In this document: positions 22,443 through 33,439 of the stretch, one piece after another | How the letters are laid out: each line of letters starts with the position of its first letter | Position numbering within the stretch: the stretch's first letter is position 1 | Assembly: GCA_026025795.1 (NCBI GenBank) | Contig: JAPEUG010000159.1 | Coordinates: forward strand, 1 to 35,340 | DNA length: 35,340 nucleotides | Direction of reading: 5' to 3' | DNA from: Thelocarpon superellum | Lineage: Eukaryota | Program-made: the position numbers and the translations under genes | The notes under the pieces: model-generated | Told to the model about the DNA's origin: nothing | Database searches by the model: none | Seen by the model: the letters and a program-made list of their open reading frames with translations, nothing else

Positions 22443-25158
22443 ATGGTATTGGGTGCAGACGATGAGACGGCACTGAAGAAGTGGATCGTCAAGCGGCTCG
22501 AAGATGTGTTTGTGCTCCCCTCCGTCCGTGCGCGTCCCGGCGGACTAATCCGATCACTGGCGTAGGTCGGACGCTGACTCTGACGTGCTCGCGGACTACG
22601 TCCTGGCCTTGCTACGAAATGATTCCCCGGCGGACGAGCTGCGCCAGCTCTGCATCGAGTCACTCGAAGACTTTCTGAAAGATCGTACGGATTCCGTCTG
22701 CAGATGGCATCTGTCGGGCCACCTGGCTGACGAGTGACAGACACGGCCGCCTTTGTCGACGACACTCTTCGCGCCGTCGCCAACAAGCTGTACCTCCCAC
22801 GCGCGGCCCCGTCATCGTTTGCATCCTCCGGTCCGGCACCCGCACTGGTCGCGCCCGACCAAGGCCCGAGATTGTCCAAGAAGCGCTCCTACAATGACCA
22901 GGCGGGGAACGATACGCGAGACGAACGAGATCCGCACTATGGCAACCGTGCTGGGGGTGACCGCGCGATCAAGCAGATGCGCCGCGGCGGACCGGGAGCT
23001 GCTGGAGGTGCGCGGGGACGATTGGAGCCCTTCGGTCCGCGCGGACGGCCACAGGATATGAAGACGTCGATGTCCCCGGGGGCACCGTCGCCGCCCATCA
23101 ATTTTCCCAACATGCCTCCACCACCGCCCGGTTTTCCTTTCGACCCCATCGATCCCATGCAAGCTATCATGGCCATGCAGGCGATGGGAATGCCGCCGCT
23201 TCCCGGTCTGCCTCCCTTTCCCTCCATGTCCCCGAGTGGCTTCGGGTTGCAGGGGGCATCTGCTCCGGGCGAAAAAGGCTCTCCGGCCAACGCGCCGGAC
23301 CTCGCCAAACGAACCGGTCAGCGATGCAAGGATTACGACGAGAAGGGAGTCTGTGCGTTGGGTAGCACTTGTCCGCATGACCATGGCAATGACCACATCA
23401 TCGTGCCCGGTCAAGATGGTAAGGAGGTGAATAGGTGGAGAGGGAGCATTGAGGCTGACGAGTGCAGAATACGATCCCAGCAATGCCAACATCATGACGG
23501 ACGCGACCCAAGCGACAGGGGCGAGCGCGAATGGGCATGGTCCGGGAGCGGATCGTGCACGTGGCCGAGGACGGGGCCGGGGTCGTGGGGGGATCGGACG
23601 AGGCGGGAATCAAGGAGCACCGGCGAGCCGGCGAAGTCGAGCCGACTTCTCCCACGCCGGACCCAATCAGGATCGATCGGTCACGACGGTGGTGGTGGAG
23701 AACATCCCGGAAGAGAAGTTCAATGAGCCCGCGGTGCGCGGCTTCTTTGGCGAATTCGGAACGATCCAGGATGTGCAAATGCAAGCCTACAAGCGCCTCG
23801 CCTTGGTCAAGTACGAGGATTGGGCGTCGGCGAAGCGGGCCTACGAGTCACCCAAGGTGATCTTCGACAATCGCTTCGTCAAGGTGTACTGGTACAAGCC
23901 GGAGTCGCTGCCCACGCCGCCGACGAATAGTCACAGTGGCGCCCGCAAAGCCGCTTCACCCGTCAAGACGGCGGAGGAGGTGGAACGGGAGATGGAGGAG
24001 ATCAAGAAGAAGCAAGACGCGCTGCAGAAGGTGCACGAAGAGAAGATGAAGAAGATCAAGGAGGCGGAAGAGTCGAAGCGAGAACTGGAGAGGCGGCGCG
24101 AGGAGTTGCTGAAGAGCCAGGCGGAAGAGACGCGCAAGCTGCGGGAGAAGTTGGCGATGAAGGGAGGCACGGAGAGCGCGGCCGCGGGCGGAGCGGCGGG
24201 TGGCGGCGATGCGGATGGCGACGGCAGCAAGAAGCCCAGCTCGCAGACCGAAGCCCTCAAAGCACAACTGGCGGCACTGGAGGCCAAAGCAAGCAGCATG
24301 GGCATTGACTACGCGCTCTCGGATGACACGTACGGGGGATACTCGGCACGAGGACGAGGGGCGCCACGAAGCCGCGGATACCGCGCCAGAGGCTACCTCG
24401 GACGAGGGACTGGCGGATTCCGGGGCGCATCCTTTGCACCACGGGGCAGTGCACGAGGCGGCGCACGAGGCGGGGCATACAAGCTGGATAATCGCACGAA
24501 GAAGGTGGCGGTGTCGGGAGTGGAGTTCGACGAGGAGAAGGACGAGGGGTTACGGCAGTTTTTACTGGTGGGTTATCACTGTTGCAGAATGGTGGAGGGG
24601 GGGTCGAGAGTCGAGAGTCGAGAAACTGACGACAGACACAGGGACTGGGCGAGTACGAAAACATCGAGCCGAACCCGAGCCGGGGAGATTCGCAGATTGT
24701 GACATTCAAGGATCGATTCACGGCCGAGAAGGTAACACTCACCCACCTCTGTGTTTCTGTCCATCTCTCCCTCTTCCTCTCTTCCTTTCTTCCTCTCTTG
24801 CATGACTGATCGGACTGACTGATGGGTGTGGAAATAGCTGGTATACGGCAACACGACCGACATTCCCGGAATCGGGAAGATTGAGCTATCATGGGTGAAC
24901 ATTCCATCGTCCGGCCCGAGCATGTCCACTCTCTCCGCCACGGCCGCCACCGCTCCTTCTGGGTCCACGATGGGGGGAACAAGCAACGGTCTGAATGGAG
25001 ACGGGCCTGGGGACGGCGATACGGCAATGAAGGGTGCATCGGGCACGGATGCTCCTGGCGCAAAGGGCGGTCTGGGCGACGTTGATGATGGAGGATATGG
25101 CGAGGTAGACGGGAGCGCGGGACGGGATGACGACGAAGATCGCTGGATGGATGGGTGA
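22443..25158 (+). CDS. PWI + CCCH zinc finger + RRM RNA-binding protein (RBM26/27-like, S. pombe Rmn1-like), ~790 aa; exons 22443-22507, 22566-22684, 22741-23418, 23468-24567, 24642-24731, 24838-25158
   Basis: PWI-like LKKWIVKRLEDVSDADSDVLADYVLALL; CCCH CKDYDEKGVCALGSTCPHDH; EYDP motif; RGG boxes; RRM TVVVENIPEEKF..FFGEFGTI..VIFDNRFVKVYW; coiled coil; second RRM-like LDNRTKKV..LRQFLLGLGEY..VTFKDRFTAEK..IELSWV. All five introns preserve frame. Confidence 0.9.
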
Positions 25159-25248
25159 GGGAGGGAAGGAGGGAGAGTAAGAGCGTGATTAGGTCCCGTC
25201 CCGTCCAGTCCAGTCGGCGTCAGTACCGCTTCTCCATATATCCACTTA

Positions 25249-25271
25249 TGACTTGACTTGACTTGACTTGA
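25249..25271. repeat. (GACTT)4 pentamer microsatellite between convergent genes
   Basis: tgacttgacttgacttgacttga. Confidence 0.85.
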
Positions 25272-25497
25272 GTGGAGCTGGAGTGGAATGAGACTCGGCT
25301 CGAGCATGTTGTATCTTCGACATCGAGGGGCGAGGGCGGCGTGGGGAGTGGAGTGTCTGCAAGAGCGGCTGGAAGAGCCAATGGGAGAATCGTAATACTT
25401 CTATCTATACACTCCTTCTTGCTCCAAGAACGTAAAGTACACTGACTGGATCTGCTACCTGGAAGAAGAGAAGTAGGCACAGCCACCACACCACCAA

Positions 25498-27576
25498 TCA
25501 CGAGGATGAAGAAGACGACGACGATGAGGAGGCGGAAGTCGAGGTTGGGGAGATGACGTGACCCGACCGTTCGGCGCCTCCTCCTCCTCCTCCACCGTCC
25601 ATCGCCGGTCTCGCATCCATTGCACCAGTATCAGGTCCACCATTGCCACTCCCACCATTCAGAAGGTAAAGAGGAGCCGGAGCGGGAGTATGGGCAGGAC
25701 CAGGACCAGGACCAGGACCAGGAACATCGCCACAAATGGAAGAAGCAGCCGACGGAACAGGAGAAGAGGAAGAAGAAGAGGAGGAAGAGGAAGAGGAGAA
25801 TGCATCAATCATCTTGTCCATCTCGTCTTCTCCCACTGCGTCTCCCCCTCTCCCTGCTCCACCCTCTTTGCTCTCCCCCCCCCTCTCTCTCCCTCTCCCT
25901 CCTCTTTCGGCCACCTCCGTTTGCCTGATTGGATATGCGTCATCGGACGAGGGAGTAGAAGAAGAAGAAGAAGAGGAGGGAGCAGATGAGTCGGAGTCGT
26001 ACGGTTCGTGAGTTTGGCGGTGCAAGGTAGCGAGCCCGTCAGTCACCCGCTCGAAACCTACCCGCTTCTGCACCCTCGCATGGTCTCCCCCTTCTTTTCG
26101 TTGAGGAACGTCGTCGCTCTTCAGCCCTCGTCCTTGTCTTCCCGCCTGGCTGGATTGATGGTGGTAAGGGCCCCCCTTGGGCGTTGTCACGTAGTGTCCA
26201 TTCCCGCTCCCGTTCCCGTTCCCATCCCCGCTCGGACAGGCAGCGAGAGGACTCGTCCCGTTCGTCGCAGAATGGACGGGAAAAGTTCCCCGCGGACTGC
26301 TCAGAAACATCAACGTCTCCACGGCATCTTGTTCTTTCTCATCTCTCATTTCCTCTCCTCCTCTCGCTCCACGGCCCTCACGGGGTTGCGTGGGTGTGAG
26401 GGGGTGTAGATGGGCGGGCACTTTCAATCGCGGTGGTGTCGCTGGTGCGCCTACGCCTGCTACTCCCCCTGACTTTGTAGAATGTCGTGAGAAGGACGGC
26501 GCAGAGGGCACGATATCGGCTGGTGGCCCCAGAACGGACGTCGACGCATATGTGGATGAGGAGGGTGCGGGTTGAAGGGACGTACCGCGCTGGGCCTGCA
26601 GGAGCTTCGTCACGGTGTTGGTGCCATGATCGCGCCAGAACGACTCGTAAGTTCGTCCGGCCTCTCGCGACGCGCCCTCCCGACCTGCCCCGCCTGCTCC
26701 GGGCGACGTGGGCGTCACGAGACTCGAGCGCGGAGATGGGGATGGCCGCGATTGCGTAGCGCCGTGGTGGAGCAGAGAAGCCATGGACGTCGGCGATGAT
26801 TGGTTGGACGCGATGCTCTCCACCTCCCCGAGGGAATGCGCTTCCCATCCATGCTGCACCTTGACCAGCGCGTAGGAGAGCCGGGCCCGGAGTTGCGTGC
26901 TCAACTGGAATGGGTCAGGAGGAGTGCCAGGGAAACGCTGTAGGGATCAAGGACCCACCTCGCTGATCTTGCTGCTGGTCGAGTCCAAACTGGTGTGTCG
27001 CGAGTGTCCTGGCGCGTTGACGGCGACGGGGCTGGTGACTCGACTGCTCGCCGACCCCTGCTTCACCGTGCCTGAGGCCGTTCGCTTCTGTCCTCCGATG
27101 CGCGACACGTCTTCCATCTCCGTGTCGCCCGTCTCCATCGGACCCACTTGCGCATGCGGATGCGACGGCGACGACCGCGGCTGAGAGAGCGACTGCGAGT
27201 AGGGCTGCGACCGCGACGATTGCGAGTGGAATGATTGCGACTGTGAGGATAGCCCGTCCGAGGAGGTGGGGGGCGTCAAGTCCAGATCTTGCGATGAGGA
27301 CGTGGCTGACACCGCCGTGGCGTTGGTGTCGACGGTGTGCGCGGTGTTGATCGAGGTGGCCGACTGCTGTGATGCGACCCCCACATCCTCTCCAGTCGGG
27401 TGGCGGATCAACGAGAAGCCCAGGCGGCCAACGGCGTCTCCAGTCACCCCCCGATCGGCGGAGACGTGGCCGGTGGACGTTTGCGCATGTGTCGTCATCT
27501 TCGTCGCAATCTCCCCACGGGAATGATCCCCACGGGAATGATGGTGGGCGAAGGTGCTCCCGATCGACTCCACCAT
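25498..27576 (-). CDS. Whi5/Nrm1-family G1/S transcriptional repressor-like protein, ~674 aa; exons 27576-26959 and 26904-25498
   Basis: A 54-nt intron (26958-26905, GTGGGT..CTGAC..CAG) gives KISELSTQLRARLSYALVKVQHGWEAHSLGEVE, the Whi5-type helix. A later motif reads EQDAVETLMFLSSP, and there are many S/T-P sites. Start uncertain (ATG at 27576 or 27498). Confidence 0.82.
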
Positions 27577-27606
27577 GGGCGACAGAGCGCGAAGACTGCA
27601 CCGAAC

Positions 27607-27638
27607 GCACTCGCACTCGCACTCGCACTCGCACTCGC
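27607..27638. repeat. (GCACTC)5 hexamer microsatellite just upstream of the Whi5-like start
   Basis: Directly visible. Confidence 0.9.
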
Positions 27639-28528
27639 GCCCGTGGTCGTGGTCGTACTCACGTGTCGATACGCTGGTCTTCTGGTACGGCGGCCGAGGA
27701 TTGAGGGTCGGGGTGGACGGCCGGGGGACGGCCGGGGACGGCTGGAGAGGACCGGGTCGTGGTGTCGACGCGCAAGATCCCTCGGGCTCGTGACGAGATG
27801 ACGCGCGGAAAGCACCGCAACCAGGCAAGGTGGCAGACGACGGAGTGCACCACCTTCGCTGGGTCGGCCCCTTAAGAAAGGCAGCGGAGACGTCTCCGCA
27901 CGTCGTACCTCGGACGTCGGACGTCAGACGTCTTTCGTCGTACGTGTGCCTCGGACGGTAGCTATCCTGATCGTGGATCGGTGGAACGTTTACCAGACTC
28001 TTCCGAGCATCCCGTGGCCCGATCGACGGGGCGAGGACGTCGCCAGATGCCCACGAGTATGGCGGATTCGCTCCTGTTGTGCTCTCTCGCGGCCTGTCCG
28101 CTTACGGTGACGGGCACGGCTTGCAGGCAGGCGGCGAGTGGCGGGCTAGAGACTCGTACAAGATGTTACTCGTGCGAGCAACAGACGCCATGCCATCCGA
28201 TGGTCCTACCTGGACGGCCGTGGGGGACTCCCACCAGCGAAGAGCGAGACACGCAAAGTGGCGGGGGACGTGGTCATGCGCTTCCCGCGAAGCGAACGGA
28301 CCAGGAATCGCGCGGCTTCACGCGGACCCACGTGATGTCTCCTGGCGGTACTCGCGCCCAGGTGGCCCTCTCTTCGGAAAGAGTAGACCGCGTATAATCT
28401 GTGGTCCAGGGTCTCCGCCTCGCCTCCGGCCTGAGCTGTTGATCAACAACGCATTTTCTATGACGGCTATTCATGACTCCGATCAGAGCGTCATGAGCTT
28501 CAAACCCTACCGTACTTTGATGTGTTGC

Positions 28529-28644
28529 CCACGCCTCTTTCCCGTGCCTCATTTCCATGCCTCTTTCCATGCCTCTTTCCATGCCTCTTTCCATGCCTCT
28601 TTCCATGCCTCTTTCCATGCCTCTTTCCATGCCTCTTTCCATGC
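28529..28644. repeat. 12-bp minisatellite (CCATGCCTCTTT): about 7.5 perfect units plus 2 degenerate 5' units
   Basis: Perfect units start every 12 bp from 28555 to 28639. Confidence 0.95.
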
Positions 28645-28876
28645 TTCCAACTCAGCCCTTTGACTGGCTGGCGATTGCAAGCTCTCCCTTTCGAACGCTA
28701 GTGACGATGTCGAGGCGCAGAGGGAGATATCCCACAGCCCCGTCCTGAATAATGGCGAACAAGGTCGATGAATCTTTCGATGTCTCTACACCTTCCTCTG
28801 CCAGGAGTGGCACATGGTTGTGGAGCAATAAGCTACACATGGGGAACCGTACTAATCATACGGACAACGTGTACCA

Positions 28877-28935
28877 GTCACCCGTCACCCGTCATCCGTC
28901 ACCCGTCATCCGTCACCCGTCATCCGTCACCCGTC
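28877..28935. repeat. Heptamer array (CCGTCAY)~8 in the BMS1 3' flank
   Basis: CCGTCAC and CCGTCAT units mostly alternate, giving a 14-bp higher-order period. Confidence 0.9.
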
Positions 28936-28987
28936 TTCAGGGGTATCATATCTACGTCGTGACGCTACGTACACATGGGATCCAACT

Positions 28988-31900
28988 CTACCCTCTCTTC
29001 TTCCTCGGTCCCCCTCCTCCATCCCCAGTCGTCCGCTTCTTCCCCTGGCGACTCCAGTATTCCGCGCGCTCCCGCTTCTCGCGTGCCTCCTTCTTCTCGT
29101 CATTCTCCGCCACCCTCTGCCGATACACCTTCCGTCGTTCTTCCTGCGCCGCCCGTCGTTTGGCTACCTTCTCGTTCCGCAGCGTCATGAGCTTCTGCAT
29201 CAAGTCGCGCGCCTTCTTCTCTTCTCCTCCCACCACCACTGCCCGCTTCTGCATGTACGTCTCCTTGCGCTGCTGAGGCATCGCCACCAGCTGCGACTTG
29301 AAAGGAAGCTCCGCTGCCAACTGGCGGGGAACGCGGAGCGGGTTGAAGTGGCGGGTGGGCCTCTCGATTGCCTGCATCAGGTCAGTTGGAGCTGCTTGCC
29401 TTCCCTCGCGCGAACGTACTCGGTACTGGGAGTTGCGCTGCTGTGGCGTCGCCACGCCTTCGTCACGCCGCACTTGACCCGTCAGTCGCATCCCCTGCCA
29501 TCCGCCACGCCCGGCCTCCGCCCCAGTCACGCTCGGGCCGTCATCTAGCAGATTGGTGACGGGATTGTAGAACTTGTGTGGCCGGATGGGATACCAGGCC
29601 CGGAGAAAGACCAGGTCGCTCATCAGCACCTTGTCCTCAAACGTCGCCCGAAAGTGTCCGTCCGGTTTGCTCAGCGCTCGCTTGATCTGCCCACGAATCC
29701 CCGACACCGTCCGGATGCTGGCGCCCTCGAACTTGGCAATCTCCAGCGCGCTGCTGAACATGTCCTTGATGAAGGCCGTATTGCGGAAGATCTTGTAGGG
29801 TGTGCCCGTCAGCTTCAGCTTCTTGACAATCTCCGTGCTCTCATCCACGTTCAACACCACCCCCGTCGCCGCGATCCGGAACCCCGCCGTCTGGTTCGAA
29901 AACGACTGGACGCAGCAGAAGCCGGTGTTGGGCGCGATCAGGGGCCCGTAGAAGGTGCCGAAGCAATGCATGTGCTCCGGGGTGTATTTGAGCATCCGGT
30001 TACGCGTGCGCGAGTCGGAGATGCTGTAGATCGGCAGGCTCTGGAAGCGCCGCCATCCCAGCGAGAAGATGAGCGGGTCGTTGGTCTTCAGGATCTTCCG
30101 GTGCCACCGATGCCGTTTGATCCGCACTTGCACGAACCCAAATCGATCCTCCGTCGCCGACAGCCCACCCACGATCACGGGAAAGCGCGGGTTGAAGCTG
30201 ACGGCGAACTCATAGGGCACCGCCTCCAGCACAATCCGCGCATACGTCCCGGCCCGATACCCTTCCACCCGCACCCGCGACCGATCGTCGAGCGTCTCGT
30301 ATTCCGCCCGATTGATCGTCATCTGCTTTTGAATCTGTGCCTTTTGCGCGTCGTACCACTCGTCCACGCCATACGACTCAGTCGCCTCCGCGCCCTCCTG
30401 CCGGCGTTCATTGGCTTGGTCGTTGTGAAACCCTTCTCGGTCTTCTTCTTCAAAGCGCAACTTGAGTTCTGCTTTTCTTCGCGCGTTGCCTTCTCGCTCC
30501 GCTTCCAAAGACGTCTCCTCGGCGGATGGGCTTGCTTGGTCCGGAGAATCGTCCTGTTCCAGGTCCTCGAATTCGCCGTCCCCCTCATCATCTTCGTCCT
30601 CACCATCTGCTCCCGGGCCCTTGGCGTTGCGCTCTTTGAGCAGGTCGGCCGACGCGAAGCGTCTCCGCAGCGCCTCCAGCTTCTCTTGGTCGCTCCATTT
30701 CCGTTCGAGCGCATCGTAATCGTAGACCGGGATCATGCGATCGTCCAATGACGCGTCGCGTTCCTCATCCCCCACCTTCTTGAAAAAGATGTCCCCTTCA
30801 TCATCCGCCTCCGGCTCGTGTTCGTCATCATTATCGGACGATCCATTCCAGCGGCGCACGACCTCGGCTGGGGTTAATGATTCATCGTACATCATCCGTG
30901 CGAGGTCAGCCGTGCGACGCCGGTGCGTCTGACCGTGAATCCGGGCTGCATTCTCTACGAGACTTTTCTTCCATCGAATGGCGCCTTCTGGATCACTGTT
31001 GAGATCATCGTCCTCCAAGGACTGATCGTCGACCGATGAGATGGATCCGAGGTCCGAGTCGCTGTCGGCAAAGGCAAGATCACCCGGGCCTGAACCATCC
31101 ACGGCGGCATTCACTCCTCGAAATGTTCTGCCCAGCTTTTCAGCTGGCACGTCGTCGGCCTCAATGTAGCCAGTATCGTCTTCGTCGTCGTCAAGGTCGT
31201 CATCGTGAACATTCCCTCCCTCTGCGTCGTCCTCGACCTCTTCTCCACTGACGAAGCCCTCGTCAACTTCCTCATCTGCCACTGGTCGATCGGCTTCGAC
31301 GGCCCTCGCCGTCCGCCGCTCCTTTCGGCCAACATCTCCGCCCTCGTCCCCTTCGATCGCAGCTCCCCCTCTGAACAAGCGTACCCCCCCCTCATCCTCG
31401 CCAAGCACGCGTCGCTCCTCTTGAAGATCCACCACCAGCTTTTCGCCGTAGCCTCGTTCACCCGCATGCTCGGCCTGGCGGTCAAAGGTCGACGTTTTGA
31501 CGTCAATGTAGACGGCATCCTTGTCCACCAGCACGCCGCCAACGTCCGACATGGGGGCGAACAGGACTTTCTGTTTCTCGCCCAGTCGTCGACGGCCCGT
31601 CTTGCCGGTCGCTTTGGCCACGGCTTGATCCATGTGCGGCGTTGGGCATGGGTCGGGGAGAGCTTCGATGGTGGACACGTTGAAGTCGCCGGCCCCGGGA
31701 ACGTGCACTCGTGCCCCTGCCGCCGGAAAGTTGGTGCCGCGGAGATATCCATAGAGGGCCACGGTCCGATCACACTTTCGATCCTGCTCGATGGCAGTGG
31801 GCGGGGTGAGGTCGACGAAGCGATCAGCGAGACAATAAGGGTGTGAGTTGCGCCAGATCAACGGCCGCGGGTTCTTCATGACGGAGATGAAGCGCGAGAG

Positions 31901-32673
31901 ATTGTGAATTTCTCGGTCGGGATAGCGGCCGTTGATGACGCCGGACAGGTAGAAGAGTTTGGCGCCTTGGTACAGCTCGCTCCAAAAGCGGTGCTTCAAT
32001 CGCTTCTTGGCCTGTTGGAGTGTGCTCGGTTTCCGGAAGAGGTCGAGATGGGTCAGGATGCCAAACACGTTGCCGGGCATCCCGCTGGCTGCCAGGATGT
32101 TGAGGAATTCCATCGTCTCCATCTCGAAGCCAAAGTTCCCATCGATCATGAGGAGCACAATGTCGGCCACCTTGGCCACGTCCATCATGCTGGCAAGCGA
32201 ATCGGCCGGGCACTCGAGGAAGGTGAGACGACGCTTCTTGGAGGTGACGACGGTGAGCGGGCCGGTCGGGGTGGACAGGGTATGCTTGGCATATCGCTTG
32301 ATCAGCGACTTGATCAGCGTCGTCTTGCCCACGCCGGGTGGGCCGACCACGGCGACAATGATGGGCGGGGCCTCCTCTGGGAGACGGTCGACCAGCGGCA
32401 CATGAAGCCGCTTTTCTTTGACCTGAAGAAAACGTGAGTAAGCAACTTTCCTCCTTCAGACACTGTCTTCGTCCTACATCGTGTGACCTCGCAGCTTGCT
32501 TCTGAAGTCGTCCCGGATTGGCAAAGGCAAAAGCTTTGGGATTCGGACCTGGACAGCGATTGTTAACCCGCAATGCTATCGCTGGTTTGGGCGGGCAATC
32601 TCCTACCCCCGGAATGCTTTGTAGTCTTCTTCTCCTTGGCTTTGCGATGTGGTCGGTTGGCCTGGTCCTCCAT
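28988..32673 (-). CDS. BMS1: Bms1, 40S ribosome biogenesis GTPase, ~1174 aa; exons 32673-32607, 32548-32478, 32422-29420, 29371-28988
   Basis: MEDQANRPHRK..GPNPKAFAF..ARSHDVKEKRLHVPLVDR..VVGPPGVGKTTLIKSL..LKHRFWSELYQGAKLFYLSG..KRHRWHRKILKTNDPL..RMLKYTPEHMHC..KFEGASIRTVSGIRGQIK. Introns at 32606-32549, 32477-32423 and 29419-29372. Confidence 0.97.
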
Positions 32674-32773
32674 GACTGGAGGTGGACCTTGGAGAGCTTC
32701 CACTCTCGAATCTCGAATCTCGCATCTCAAATGTTCAAAAAAAGTAAATTATTGGGTCAGTTATCGGCACACC

Positions 32774-32840
32774 GATTGGCGGAGTGGACGGTCACGTGAG
32801 CTCCGACATTTCCCGTGCCAGATCACGTGGACCAGGTGAT
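32774..32840. promoter_or_regulatory. Divergent BMS1 / I9-inhibitor promoter with a CCAAT box and clustered E-box-like RTCAC(G/C)TG sites
   Basis: GATTGG (CCAAT on the minus strand) at ~32774, GTCACGTG at 32791, ATCACGTG at 32822 and CAGGTGAT at 32833, all within a 385-bp divergent gap. Confidence 0.45.
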
Positions 32841-33058
32841 CGACGGCCATGTGCGTCATCCTCCAGGGATCTCCTGTCAGCGTGCAGACTCCACCAATTG
32901 TCCGCACCTGGATTCACTCAAAGAGCCATTCAACCCGCCAGTATCACCTTCATCATCTTATTTGACACCCTATCTAGAACTGCCCCCAGGAGAGACCGCC
33001 TCGTGTCCGTTCACCTCTTTACCAGCCCTCGCACACGCTCGTCGCCAAGCTCGCCAAG

Positions 33059-33439
33059 ATGATGTACAATGTGAGGACCTTGGCAGTGTGACGCGTGTAG
33101 GATACTGATGCCCCCAGGTCACCCTCAAGGAGAACGCATCCCCCGCCGAGTTGGAAAAGTAGGTCGCGGGCATGAGGCCGCTGAGAGGGCCGCACTAACA
33201 TGTGGACTGGTGGTAGAGCCAAGGAGGACGCCAAAGCCCAAGGTGGGACCATCAAGCATGAATACACTCTGATCAAGGGTTTCACGTATGTCGATCGCAT
33301 CCTTCACCCCCTGCGCCCACCCATCCAGCTGCTCAGCTGATGATCTGGTAGGGTGGAATTTCCCGACGATCGCGTGCATACCTTTCAATCTAACGATCAC
33401 GTTCACGTCGAGGTGGACGGAGAGGTCAAGACGCAGTGA
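33059..33439 (+). CDS. Small peptidase inhibitor of family I9 (subtilisin-propeptide-like; Pbi2/POIA1-like), 69 aa; exons 33059-33070, 33118-33158, 33217-33285, 33352-33439
   Basis: Three canonical introns (47, 58 and 66 nt) join MMYNVTLKENASPAELEKAKEDAKAQGGTIKHEYTLIKGFTVEFPDDRVHTFQSNDHVHVEVDGEVKTQ*. The YxVTLK..GGxIxHEYxLIKGF..VExDxxV pattern matches I9 inhibitors. Not present in the ORF track. Confidence 0.88.

Noticed and set aside
27760..27815. MCB-like ACGCG motifs upstream of the Whi5/Nrm1-like gene
   Set aside because: ACGCG is very common in this CpG-rich sequence, so two copies are not informative.
28274..28748. ORFs with (MERG)n, (HASF)n and (MPLS)n repeats; CRISPR-like periodicity
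   Set aside because: These are translations of the 12-bp minisatellite; there are no spacers, and the context is eukaryotic.
32700..32755. PAC/RRPE-like elements upstream of BMS1 (CGCATCTCA, AAAAAAAGTAAATT)
   Set aside because: Only loose matches to GCTCATCGC and TGAAAAATTTT; cannot be supported.
2995..33439. A vacuole/lipid gene cluster (HFL1, CSF1, I9 inhibitor)
   Set aside because: The genes are interspersed with unrelated housekeeping genes (EF2, BMS1, RBM26-like, Whi5-like), and nothing in the sequence indicates co-regulation as a unit.
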